Source: an uncultured Candidatus Poseidoniales archaeon (GTDB lineage: Archaea > Thermoplasmatota > Poseidoniia > Poseidoniales > Thalassarchaeaceae). Taken from it: a DNA stretch of 46,580 bases. A program made the position numbers and the translations under genes. Positions 1 to 8,597 of the stretch are shown here, piece by piece; the first letter of the stretch is position 1; every line of letters starts with the position of its first letter. Where the stretch lies: the NCBI GenBank assembly GCA_964343205.1, contig CAYFID010000003.1:1-46580 (forward strand). Direction: 5' to 3'. Below the pieces are notes generated by a model. The model saw only the letters and a list, made by a program, of their open reading frames with translations, did no database searches and was not told the origin of the DNA.

Positions 1-1749
1 GAAGACGGTGCTGACGAGCAGCAGTACGACGGGGCTGGCGAACCGATCAACTGGTTCGACTGCTCGGACGGCTCTCAGATCTGGATCGACCAGGTGAACG
101 ACGGAACGGCGGACTGCCCAGACGGCGAGGACGAATCAGTGGAGGAGGAGAGTCCGATGATAACCTTCAACGCGACAGGCTCTGAAGAGAATATACAGTG
201 GAACCTCCACGTGGACGAGTACACCTGCTTGCTGGTCGTCAGTGGATGGGCGTACGAGCACGTCACTGATGTCAACGAAACTCCAGCAGAGGGCGAGTTC
301 TCAGCACTCCTAATTGGCCCAGCGGCCGAGGTGGACGAGGACATGGACGGGATACCCGACTGCATCTACGCGGCTGTAATGCCTCCCGAAGATGACGACG
401 ACGGAGACGGCGACGGAGACGGCGACGGCGACGGTGGCGAAGAGCCCGAGGAGCCTTCTGGGCCTACCCAGGAGGAGATCGACGCGTTCAACGACGAGGT
501 CTGGTCATGGGTCAGCACCTTCGATGCCGACAACAGCTCGACCATCAGCTTCGACGAGTACTGGGAGTTGAACAACGCCAGCGGAGCCATACCAGACGGA
601 GTATCTAACCCCGGATGGCCTGGCGAGAACACCGACTGGGACGCATTCCCGTACGACAACACCGAGCAGTCTGACAACGACGGAGACGGACTGGGCGACA
701 ACGCCGACACCGACGACGACAACGACGGCGTCCCAGACAGCTTGGACGCCTTCCCCTTCGATCCGACGGAGTCCGCAGACCTGGACGGCGACGGAATCGG
801 CGACAACTCGGACGACGACACCGACGGCGACGGCATCCCCAACGATGACGACGACTTCGACAGCGACCCCGACGCAACTGCTGACAACGACGGAGACGGC
901 ATAGACGACGCTACCGACGCGGACGACGACAACGACGGCGTCCCCGACGTGGCTGACTGGTCCCCAATGGATAACCCCGAGGATGGCTGCATAGCTAACC
1001 CGGATGCCTGCGAGCAGTACGACACCGACGGAGACGGCATCGGTGACAACGCCGACACCGACGACGACGGCGACGGCACGCCCGACGTGGACGACGCATT
1101 CCCACTGGACGCTAGCGAGACGGCCGACGCAGACGGTGACGGCATCGGCGACAAAGCCGACCCCGACGACGACAACGACGGCACTCCTGACGGACTTGAC
1201 GCCTTCCCGACCAACCCAGACGAGCAGAGGGACTACGACGGTGACAACATCGGAGATCTAGCCGACCCAGACAGGGACAACGACGGAGTCATGAACTCCG
1301 ACGACGCCTTCCCGATGAACGAGAACGAGTGGAGCGACATCGACGAAGACAACATCGGTGACAACTCAGACGCGGACATCGACGGCGACGACGTGCTAAA
1401 CGCCGACGACTGGGCCCCGACCGACTCCACAGAGTGGAAAGACACCGACGGCGACGGTACCGGCGACAACGCCGACACCGACGACGACGGCGACGGGTAC
1501 TCCGACTCAGACGAGTACTCTTGCGGAACGGACTCGTTGAACGTGAACTCAGTGCCTTCTGACTACGACGGCGACTACGAGCCAGGGGTCAACTTGCTCT
1601 GCGACGCTATGGACGACGACCCAACTGGAGACCGATCGAACGCGGAGAACTCGCAAGAGGCACCGGGCTTCACCCCGGGCTTCGCGTCGGTTCTCGCCGC
1701 AATCTCCCTGCTCGGCGCTGCCGCTCTGGGACGACGCGAGGAAGACTGA
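1..1749 (+). CDS. Acidic Ca-binding cell-surface protein (LDLa-like motif, EF-hand-like motif, thrombospondin type 3-like repeats, PGF-CTERM anchor); 5'-truncated
   Basis: Frame is open from base 1 (EDGADE...FDCSDGSQIWIDQVNDGTADCPDGEDE). Contains DADNSSTISFDE, many DxDGDGxxD..DAFP repeats, and ends PGFTPGF + hydrophobic helix + RREED. Confidence 0.85.
   Translation, partial: EDGADEQQYDGAGEPINWFDCSDGSQIWIDQVNDGTADCPDGEDESVEEESPMITFNATGSEENIQWNLHVDEYTCLLVVSGWAYEHVTDVNETPAEGEFSALLIGPAAEVDEDMDGIPDCIYAAVMPPEDDDDGDGDGDGDGDGGEEPEEPSGPTQEEIDAFNDEVWSWVSTFDADNSSTISFDEYWELNNASGAIPDGVSNPGWPGENTDWDAFPYDNTEQSDNDGDGLGDNADTDDDNDGVPDSLDAFPFDPTESADLDGDGIGDNSDDDTDGDGIPNDDDDFDSDPDATADNDGDGIDDATDADDDNDGVPDVADWSPMDNPEDGCIANPDACEQYDTDGDGIGDNADTDDDGDGTPDVDDAFPLDASETADADGDGIGDKADPDDDNDGTPDGLDAFPTNPDEQRDYDGDNIGDLADPDRDNDGVMNSDDAFPMNENEWSDIDEDNIGDNSDADIDGDDVLNADDWAPTDSTEWKDTDGDGTGDNADTDDDGDGYSDSDEYSCGTDSLNVNSVPSDYDGDYEPGVNLLCDAMDDDPTGDRSNAENSQEAPGFTPGFASVLAAISLLGAAALGRREED
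400..435 (+). repeat. (GACGGN)n hexamer tandem encoding an Asp-Gly linker
   Basis: gacgga gacggc gacgga gacggc gacggc gacggt read directly from the sequence. Confidence 0.75.
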
Positions 1750-1770
1750 GCACAGCTCGGTCAAACGTAA

Positions 1771-1806
1771 CCCCGGGCCGGGGGCCACCCGGCACCCGGC
1801 TCGGGG
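1771..1806 (+). terminator. GC-rich stem-loop downstream of the surface-protein gene (terminator or mRNA-stabilising hairpin)
   Basis: ccccgggccggg-g-gcc-accc-ggc-a-cccggctcgggg: 15 bp stem (one G-U pair, one G/A mismatch) with a 4-nt loop; no U-tract. Confidence 0.55.
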
Positions 1807-1848
1807 CCACAACCCAATGCTGATAAGTCACCTTTCCGGGTAGGTCCC

Positions 1849-2235
1849 ATGCCTGGGACCACTCGTGCTGAGATCAGGACTTTGAAGGTCGGCAGGTACG
1901 TGGCGATAGACGAGGACGCCTACAAAATACTCAGCATGTCCAAGTCGAAACCCGGCAAGCACGGCTCTGCAAAGGCGAGGATTGAGCTCGAGGACATCTT
2001 CACGGGACAGAAGCGCTCCCATGTCGGAACGGTAACCGACACCATCAACATCCCGATCATAGAGAAGGGCTCTGCAATAATCACCCACATACAGGGCAGC
2101 GAGGTCCATGCCATGGACAACAAGACGTACCAGACCCTGATTCTCCCTGTCGACGCTAGCATGAACCTGCAGTCGGGAGGCGAGATCCAGTGGATGGAGG
2201 CGATGGGCAGGTACAAGATCAGCAGGGACCACTAG
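1849..2235 (+). CDS. eif5a: Translation factor aIF-5A
   Basis: Hypusine motif SKPGKHGSAK, DIFTG, 128 aa. Confidence 0.97.
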   Translation: MPGTTRAEIRTLKVGRYVAIDEDAYKILSMSKSKPGKHGSAKARIELEDIFTGQKRSHVGTVTDTINIPIIEKGSAIITHIQGSEVHAMDNKTYQTLILPVDASMNLQSGGEIQWMEAMGRYKISRDH

Positions 2236-2311
2236 CCCGTTTTTCCCCCGCATCCGCCTACTGGCTCACGAGAAGTATAAGCGTCGTTCTCGGACGCTAA
2301 CTCTGAGGGCC

Positions 2312-4684
2312 ATGTCGGACGTGGAGAGATCGGCCTACAGGCAGCCAGTGACTGCCTCCGGCCTCGAGGCGATGGAGGGAGGGACCCTTACATGGCTCGA
2401 CGAGGACATGTACAACAACCTGAACACGGGCGTACTAGAGCAGTACCTGGAGGAGAAGAACCTCGCAGAGTCGTTCGAGATTAGCCACTGGGACACTAGG
2501 AAGGTGCTCATAGGGATCCTGGTCGGAGCCGTGTTCAGCGGGGTCACCGCGTACATCGGCCTAAAGATAGGCCTCGCGGTGTCAGCTGCTTGGTACGTGG
2601 CCTACCTCCTTGGAATGGCCCTCCAGTGGTCTCCCTCCGAGGTGAACATAGCCACAAGCGCCACGACCGGGGCCACGCACGCCTCCACAGGTTTCATCTT
2701 CACCTTCCCAGCGATTTTCCTGCTAGCATACTCCGATGACTACAAGGTCGGGGACGGACACCTGCTGAGCTCAGTCGACACACTGAACCTAGCTTTCATA
2801 GGGATCATCGCCTCGATGTTCGCCGGGTTCCTCGGAGTGATGTACTTCATCATTTTCAGGCGAGTCTGGCTGGTGGAGGACCCCCTCCCTATGCCCGGCT
2901 TCGAGGCCACACTGAAGATGCTGGACATTTCTTCCGACGTCAGCTCCGGTTCCGCGGATGCAGCCAGGGAGTCCCTGAGGACGGTCGGAGTTTGGACCGT
3001 CCTGACTATGGGGCTGATGTTCGTTATCGACTACCCCGTTCGGTGGTCGAAGAAGTTGGCAGGGGCTCCCAGCAGCATCGCTGACTGGTTCGCAATGACC
3101 CTGTCCGGAGATAAGTGGGGGATGGCCTCTGTCTACACCGAGAGGTGGATCCACCAGCCCAGCGAACTGTCCGATGGCTTTGCTCCCTATGGCGGCATCA
3201 CCCCCTACGAGAAGGGCAACCCCATGTCGTACACCTTCCTGGGGGTGGAAATCAGCCCCACCCTATTCGCAATCGGCTGGTTCATGAAGTTCAGGGCGGC
3301 CCTGCTAGTAAACCTAGGTGCTATCCTGGCATGGTTCTGGCTGATACCCCTAGCGGTTCTCCAGGACGTACCAGTTTACGACCCCGAGCAGGGCGTCTAC
3401 GTCAACATCACCTCCCTGGGCCCCACCGTTCAGTGGCAGGCATTCGGGTCGATCGTTCGAACTGTAGCAATCGGGGCAATTCTAGGTGGCGGTTTCCTCG
3501 GTCTGTTCAAGATGACTCCCACATTCGTGGGTATCTTCGGCGACATCGTCCAAGCCTTCACCGGAGAGCAGGGCGAGGAGTTCGTCGATGGGAAGGGTTG
3601 GTACGAGTGGCCCCTTTACCACATCCCCATTTTCATGGGCCTTTCATTCATCGCAATTACGCTGATATTCGTGGTCGGGGGCTATCCCCTTTTGCCGTCT
3701 CTGATTTTCTCAGTAGTGCTGCTGTCCACGACCTTCCTGCTAGGAGCCATCGCTGTACGGGTCATGGGGGAGACTGGGATAGAGCCTGTGTCCGGAACAT
3801 CGTTCATCGTGCTACTGATGCTACTGATGATATTCCTAAACCTGGACGTGGGACTCACCAAGGAGGAGTCCATACTGATGGCCCTGGTGGGGACCACTGT
3901 TTTCGGGTCCGCTATCAGCATGAGTGGAACAGTGGTAGGGGACTACAAGAACAGCCTATACATCGGAAACAGGCCCTATCACATCTCAAAGGGGAACATC
4001 ATGGGCGTAGTCCCTGGTGCCATCCTGGGAGCTGGCGTAGCCATCTTCCTGTCGAAGCTACTTGCTGACGGGACAATAGAGCTCCTGGCCCCCCAGGCAA
4101 ACGCATTCGCCTACTTCACAACCATACTGGCAGAGGGGCAGGGCAACTGGAGCGCACTGCTGCTAGGCATGGCCCTGGGAGCCTTCGCAGAGTGGGCAAC
4201 CGGGATGGGGACCTCCTTCGGCCTGGGGATGTACCTCCCGACCCCGGCCACCTTCCCGATGCTGATTGGGGGGGCCTACAGGTCCTGGTGGGAGGAACGA
4301 AGGCTCAAACCCATCGTGGAGTCAGTCAGAGAAGACGAGGGGAGCGCCGCAGCGGAGAAGAGGGGAGCTCAGATGCTCCTGTTCACGTTCATGATAGCCG
4401 CCGGGGCCCTCACTGGGGAGGCCTTCTACGGGGTGGAGGCAGCAATACTAGCAGTCCTCGACGAAAGCGCCCTAGGGACGAACTCTTGGTGGCCGTATGC
4501 GAGGATTGCCGGATTCATACTGATCAACGTTCTACTGGGGGCATTGGTATACGCCCTGTTCAGGAGCGCAGGAATCATCGGATCTCGCAATGCAGGGACT
4601 CCCCCTTCGTCTGGTGGCCAAGCCCCAGTGCCAGCGTCCACAAAGGCCAATTCTGGAGTAATGGACGCCGAGTTGGCGGACTGA
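2312..4684 (+). CDS. OPT/YSL-family oligopeptide transporter
   Basis: AYIGLKIGL, GFIFTFPA, LPMPGFEA, GETGIEPVSG, APQA, FGLGMYLP motifs; many TM helices. Confidence 0.9.
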   Translation: MSDVERSAYRQPVTASGLEAMEGGTLTWLDEDMYNNLNTGVLEQYLEEKNLAESFEISHWDTRKVLIGILVGAVFSGVTAYIGLKIGLAVSAAWYVAYLLGMALQWSPSEVNIATSATTGATHASTGFIFTFPAIFLLAYSDDYKVGDGHLLSSVDTLNLAFIGIIASMFAGFLGVMYFIIFRRVWLVEDPLPMPGFEATLKMLDISSDVSSGSADAARESLRTVGVWTVLTMGLMFVIDYPVRWSKKLAGAPSSIADWFAMTLSGDKWGMASVYTERWIHQPSELSDGFAPYGGITPYEKGNPMSYTFLGVEISPTLFAIGWFMKFRAALLVNLGAILAWFWLIPLAVLQDVPVYDPEQGVYVNITSLGPTVQWQAFGSIVRTVAIGAILGGGFLGLFKMTPTFVGIFGDIVQAFTGEQGEEFVDGKGWYEWPLYHIPIFMGLSFIAITLIFVVGGYPLLPSLIFSVVLLSTTFLLGAIAVRVMGETGIEPVSGTSFIVLLMLLMIFLNLDVGLTKEESILMALVGTTVFGSAISMSGTVVGDYKNSLYIGNRPYHISKGNIMGVVPGAILGAGVAIFLSKLLADGTIELLAPQANAFAYFTTILAEGQGNWSALLLGMALGAFAEWATGMGTSFGLGMYLPTPATFPMLIGGAYRSWWEERRLKPIVESVREDEGSAAAEKRGAQMLLFTFMIAAGALTGEAFYGVEAAILAVLDESALGTNSWWPYARIAGFILINVLLGALVYALFRSAGIIGSRNAGTPPSSGGQAPVPASTKANSGVMDAELAD

Positions 4685-4686
4685 CC

Positions 4687-5637
4687 ATGGCGAGGTTACT
4701 GGATGCACCTACGGGAGCATGGGCGCTGCTGGCAATAGCTGTGATCGCGGTATCCAGCGGGGGAATCGTCCTGCAGGAGATGGGGCAGGTCCCGCCCTTC
4801 CTTCGAGCTTCCTGGAGGATGCAAGGAACCTCTCTTGTGCTACTACCAGGTTTCATCTACCAGGCATACAAGGCTAATTTGAGCCAAATTGATAGAAACG
4901 ACTACCTCCTGATCTTGGTTTCTAGCCTGTTCCTAGCGACGCACTTTGGAAGCTGGGTGTGGTCCCTGGATAACACCAGCCTTGTACACAGCCTACTCTT
5001 CGTCAACACCCACCCCCTCGTTGTGGTAGCCCTGATGCCTGTGATGGGAAAGGTGGTGAGTAGGTCCCACCTTGCAGGAGTGGCAGTGGGTTTCACAGGG
5101 GCCGCAATAGCGCTGCTGGAGGTCGGGGACGGCGGAGAGGTTTCGCTTGCAGGCGACGCGGCGGCCTTTCTTGGGGCAGTATCCGTGGTGGGATATTTGT
5201 TGGCTGGAAGGTACCTTAGATCGGAAAGAGGCATGCCTATTTTCATTTACGCATTTCCAGTGACCTTGGGAGCGGGGATTTGGCTCTCTGTATTCTCAGT
5301 AGTTTCCGAGGGCTCCTCCCTTTCCTCGGTATACCTCGAGGATTCGATATTCGGCTGGACCGACGGGGTATGGCTTGCATGGGTCGCATTCCTGTCCTTG
5401 GGTCCCGGCCTGTGCGGCCATACCGGCATAAACACGGTACTGAGGTGGATTTCCCCCATAGTGGTCTCCATCGCCTTGCTAATGGAACCAGTCCTTGGTG
5501 CTATAATTGGGTGGATCTGGACCGGTGAGGCTGTTATAGGGCCCCTCACAGTCATCGGCGGGACTTTGATGATCACAGGTGCGATTATCGTGACACTACA
5601 AGAGAGGGCGGAGGCCGAGCAGGAACCAGTTTCCTGA
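4687..5637 (+). CDS. DMT/EamA-family transporter
   Basis: ATG 4687 follows the OPT stop; about 10 TM helices; HFGSWVWSL..TS, GHT.IN, EPV motifs. The upstream part of the listed ORF is OPT overlap. Confidence 0.88.
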   Translation: MARLLDAPTGAWALLAIAVIAVSSGGIVLQEMGQVPPFLRASWRMQGTSLVLLPGFIYQAYKANLSQIDRNDYLLILVSSLFLATHFGSWVWSLDNTSLVHSLLFVNTHPLVVVALMPVMGKVVSRSHLAGVAVGFTGAAIALLEVGDGGEVSLAGDAAAFLGAVSVVGYLLAGRYLRSERGMPIFIYAFPVTLGAGIWLSVFSVVSEGSSLSSVYLEDSIFGWTDGVWLAWVAFLSLGPGLCGHTGINTVLRWISPIVVSIALLMEPVLGAIIGWIWTGEAVIGPLTVIGGTLMITGAIIVTLQERAEAEQEPVS

Positions 5638-5665
5638 AACTTCCGAAAATCCGAGCCCCTTCTAT

Positions 5666-6265
5666 CTAGCATTCCTGCAGTTCGTCAATTAGGTAGTGCA
5701 AAATAGAGATGCAAGAGTGCCCTTGGAGCCACAAATCCCCTAACGACACCCTAGTCGTCCCAACCAGACAATCCTCGTCAGAATCGGTGAGTGGCCTGTC
5801 GTCGGAAATAACAAAACCAACGCTATCGGCTACAGGAATCATCGATTGAGCGTCCCCATCCGAATCCATCACAACTGGGATGATCCCTCGAGACTCCCAC
5901 TCAGATATGGTCTGAGACAGCCCTCCCCCTGAGTGGCTAATCCCACTTGAAACCTGCTCGAACCTCCCCATTGGCGGCACAGGCATCCTGAGTACTGATC
6001 TTATCTGACCCGCTATGGAACGCTCATCGGGCCTCAATCCCCGTAATTCTGCCCCATCAAACAACACCCTCCTGGGCCGCCCGCCTCCACCCAACAGGTG
6101 GAGGATCACCTTGCTGTCCTTCCTGATGCCATGAGAAACGAATAACCCCGCATTCACCGCTCTAACAAGCACGTCCGTCCTGCCTCCCGATCCAGTGAGG
6201 TCGTTTAGACTCAATTCACCAGAACTTGGGGCTCTGTGACCGATAATAGCGAACCATCGCTCCAG
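5666..6265 (-). CDS. trmY: tRNA (pseudouridine54-N1)-methyltransferase (SPOUT)
   Basis: LNDL.G.GGRTDVLVR, SHGIRKD, LRPDERS, SLGDLWL motifs. The TrmY-like N-terminus (RWFAIIGHRA) lies upstream of the listed TTG; start uncertain (CTG 6265). Confidence 0.9.
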   Translation of the reverse strand: MERWFAIIGHRAPSSGELSLNDLTGSGGRTDVLVRAVNAGLFVSHGIRKDSKVILHLLGGGGRPRRVLFDGAELRGLRPDERSIAGQIRSVLRMPVPPMGRFEQVSSGISHSGGGLSQTISEWESRGIIPVVMDSDGDAQSMIPVADSVGFVISDDRPLTDSDEDCLVGTTRVSLGDLWLQGHSCISILHYLIDELQEC

Positions 6266-6269
6266 GACA

Positions 6270-7625
6270 TCACCCCAGATCTATCCCTTCATCAAAACCC
6301 ATCATCGATTGCATCTGGCGCCTCATCTTCCTATCACCCCTGAAACCACGCATCATCTTCTTGCTCCTGTTCCACTGGTTTAGCAGCTCCTTTACCTCTT
6401 TCTCTTCACAACCAGCACCTCTTGCTATCCTCCTAATCCTACTTGACTTCAGGAGCAATGGGTCATCCTTCTCTTCCTGGGTCATCGAGTCCATTACTAT
6501 TCGATACTTGTCCAGGTTTGATTGCATTTGCCTCTTTTGGGCCACACTCATGTTTCCCATACCTCCGAACATGGTGTCTGGTAGATGGGACAGAACCTTG
6601 TCCAGTGTCCCAATTTTACTCATCATTTCCATCTGAGCGTACATGTCCGTGAGAGTGAACCTCCCAGACATCAGCCTCTTGGTTAGGCGCATTGCCTCCT
6701 CCTCATCCAAGTCTTCGGGTGCCAGATCGATTAGGCCCTTTATGTCCCCCATCCCCAGAAGCCTCGAAATGAATCTGTCAGACTCGAATTTCTCGAGGTC
6801 CCCAATCCTCTCACCCTCTCCAACAAATACAATCGGAGCACCAGTTGTGGCCACAGCACTAAGGGCACCACCTCCCCTAGCCGTTCCATCCAGCTTCGTT
6901 ACAATAGTGCCCGTAACTCCGACCAATTCGTGGAAAGTTTCTGCCATGGGCCCGGCAGCCTGTCCGACTTGCGCATCAATAACGAGGAACCTCTCGGAAG
7001 CATTGGCTACCTCAGCTATTTCCAGTAGCTCTTCCCTTAGGCTCCCATCTAGACTGTCCCTCCCTGCTGTATCGATAATCACGACATCTGCCGCGCCAAC
7101 CTTCCTCAAACCGTTTTTGACAATCTTCGATGCGTCATTACTCCCGGGTTCCCCGTATACTTCAACCCCGGATCCATCCAGCATCTGGCTTAGCTGCTCA
7201 TAAGCCCCGGGCCTATGTACGTCAGCCTCAATTACAGCTACCTTGGCACTATGGCTCCTCCTCCACCACTCAGCAAGTTTAGCGGTAGTCGTGGTTTTTC
7301 CCTGGCCGTACAGCCCCACCATCAGAACTGTCTGGTTATGTGGCCTGATTGTCCTAGCAGGACCTAGTATCCTAACAAGTTCTGAATAGACTAAGTTCAT
7401 TGCATGAGTCTCAAGCTTTACTCCGGGTCGGGGCTCATCTTCGATCATCCTCCTCTCTATTCTTTCCGTGAGCTCCTTAGCCTGCCGAACGTTGAAGTCA
7501 GCTTCAAGCAGAGCTCTCCTGAGGGATCTGCTAAGCTCCTTTATCGTCTGCTCGTCCACCTTTCTCTTTCCCTTGAGTAGTCCTATGGATCCGAGAACCC
7601 TACGCTTGAATCCCTCAAGTGCCAC
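6270..7625 (-). CDS. srp54: Signal recognition particle protein Srp54
   Basis: ALLEADFN, GxxGxGKTTT, DTAGR, TKLDGTARGGG, Met-rich M domain (MDSMT..E, SRIRRIARG); likely GTG start 7625. Confidence 0.97.
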   Translation of the reverse strand: MALEGFKRRVLGSIGLLKGKRKVDEQTIKELSRSLRRALLEADFNVRQAKELTERIERRMIEDEPRPGVKLETHAMNLVYSELVRILGPARTIRPHNQTVLMVGLYGQGKTTTTAKLAEWWRRSHSAKVAVIEADVHRPGAYEQLSQMLDGSGVEVYGEPGSNDASKIVKNGLRKVGAADVVIIDTAGRDSLDGSLREELLEIAEVANASERFLVIDAQVGQAAGPMAETFHELVGVTGTIVTKLDGTARGGGALSAVATTGAPIVFVGEGERIGDLEKFESDRFISRLLGMGDIKGLIDLAPEDLDEEEAMRLTKRLMSGRFTLTDMYAQMEMMSKIGTLDKVLSHLPDTMFGGMGNMSVAQKRQMQSNLDKYRIVMDSMTQEEKDDPLLLKSSRIRRIARGAGCEEKEVKELLNQWNRSKKMMRGFRGDRKMRRQMQSMMGFDEGIDLG

Positions 7626-7729
7626 GATACGCGGCCCCAATCGTGTGGTTTCAACGTTATCTGGCGTTTTCTACCTACATAGCCCGCCCCCAACGGTTGT
7701 ACTGAAAGGGGGCTTTACCTCGGAGAGAC

Positions 7730-8521
7730 ATGGCTGAGGCCCCCATAGAGATGTGGGAGATGCAGGTTGCTTTTGCTATCGGGCTGCTAGGAATTTATGC
7801 AGGTTGGCGGGGATCAATAGCCAAGATGACGGGATTTTACGATATCTCCGGGGCAGTAAAGACCCTACTATTCGGACTAATTGCGGGAGTCATCGCTGCA
7901 TCGTTAATCGACTTAATGATTCTGAGAAATATCAGAGATGCCTCACTGAATATATTGGGTATCGGAACAATAGCTATTGTAATAGCAATGGCCGAAACCT
8001 CATTCGCATTATTCCTTCTTGGTCGCCCTAAGACCCTCGGATTGAGAGCAAGTGCCCCTTATGGTTGGACATTTGGCTTGGGATTCGGCTCAATGCGATC
8101 CGCACACCTAAATGTACGCCTCTTCGATCCAGAATTGTGGGAGGGTACGGGATTTGAGCCATCCAACATCGGTATTGCATTCATACTAACACTGACAATC
8201 TGCGTTGGCCACGCTTCCATCTCATCATGGCAGGGTTCTAGAATAGTCATGCACGATAGGGCTCGTACATTCATCACTAGCACCCTCGCAAGGGCCATTC
8301 TTATCGTAACCTCGGTTCTTGCGGTTTTCAATCCAATGGTTCTCGCATTTGTTGTACCTCTTGTGGTATTTTCTTGGTTTCCCGCACAAGAATCATGGTT
8401 GCCATCGGGCCTCACTCCTGCTGCAAAACAGGCCTATAGGCGAACATTACGCCAGTCTGACTTACACAAGTCCAGAGCCCACAGGAGAATCCGAGGGGAT
8501 ATAGTCGAATCCGAAGAATAG
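7730..8521 (+). CDS. Multi-pass membrane protein, PrsW/YhfC-like fold, possibly inactive
   Basis: About 6-7 TM helices; GWTFGLGFG and H...S motifs resemble glutamic intramembrane proteases. Confidence 0.55.
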   Translation: MAEAPIEMWEMQVAFAIGLLGIYAGWRGSIAKMTGFYDISGAVKTLLFGLIAGVIAASLIDLMILRNIRDASLNILGIGTIAIVIAMAETSFALFLLGRPKTLGLRASAPYGWTFGLGFGSMRSAHLNVRLFDPELWEGTGFEPSNIGIAFILTLTICVGHASISSWQGSRIVMHDRARTFITSTLARAILIVTSVLAVFNPMVLAFVVPLVVFSWFPAQESWLPSGLTPAAKQAYRRTLRQSDLHKSRAHRRIRGDIVESEE

Positions 8522-8597
8522 TGAATAAATATCACATTTCAGGGGAATATCCCCCATGGCGCAGGATTATATCCAATCTACCGATACAGTATGCTGA

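Noticed and set aside
366-1478. Long Ser/Pro-rich antisense ORFs
   Set aside because: Shadow of GAC/GGC codons of the Asp-Gly-rich plus-strand gene.
640-1500. Recurring DNA repeats (gacggcgacggc..., gacaacgccgacaccgacgacgac) resembling an array
   Set aside because: In-frame, degenerate at third codon positions and encoding TSP3-like repeats; not CRISPR, and no cas genes are present.
3115-4686. 317-aa alternate-frame ORF and the 165-aa N-extension of the DMT ORF
   Set aside because: Both overlap the OPT gene in a GC-rich region, are Arg/Gly/Pro-rich and show no motifs.
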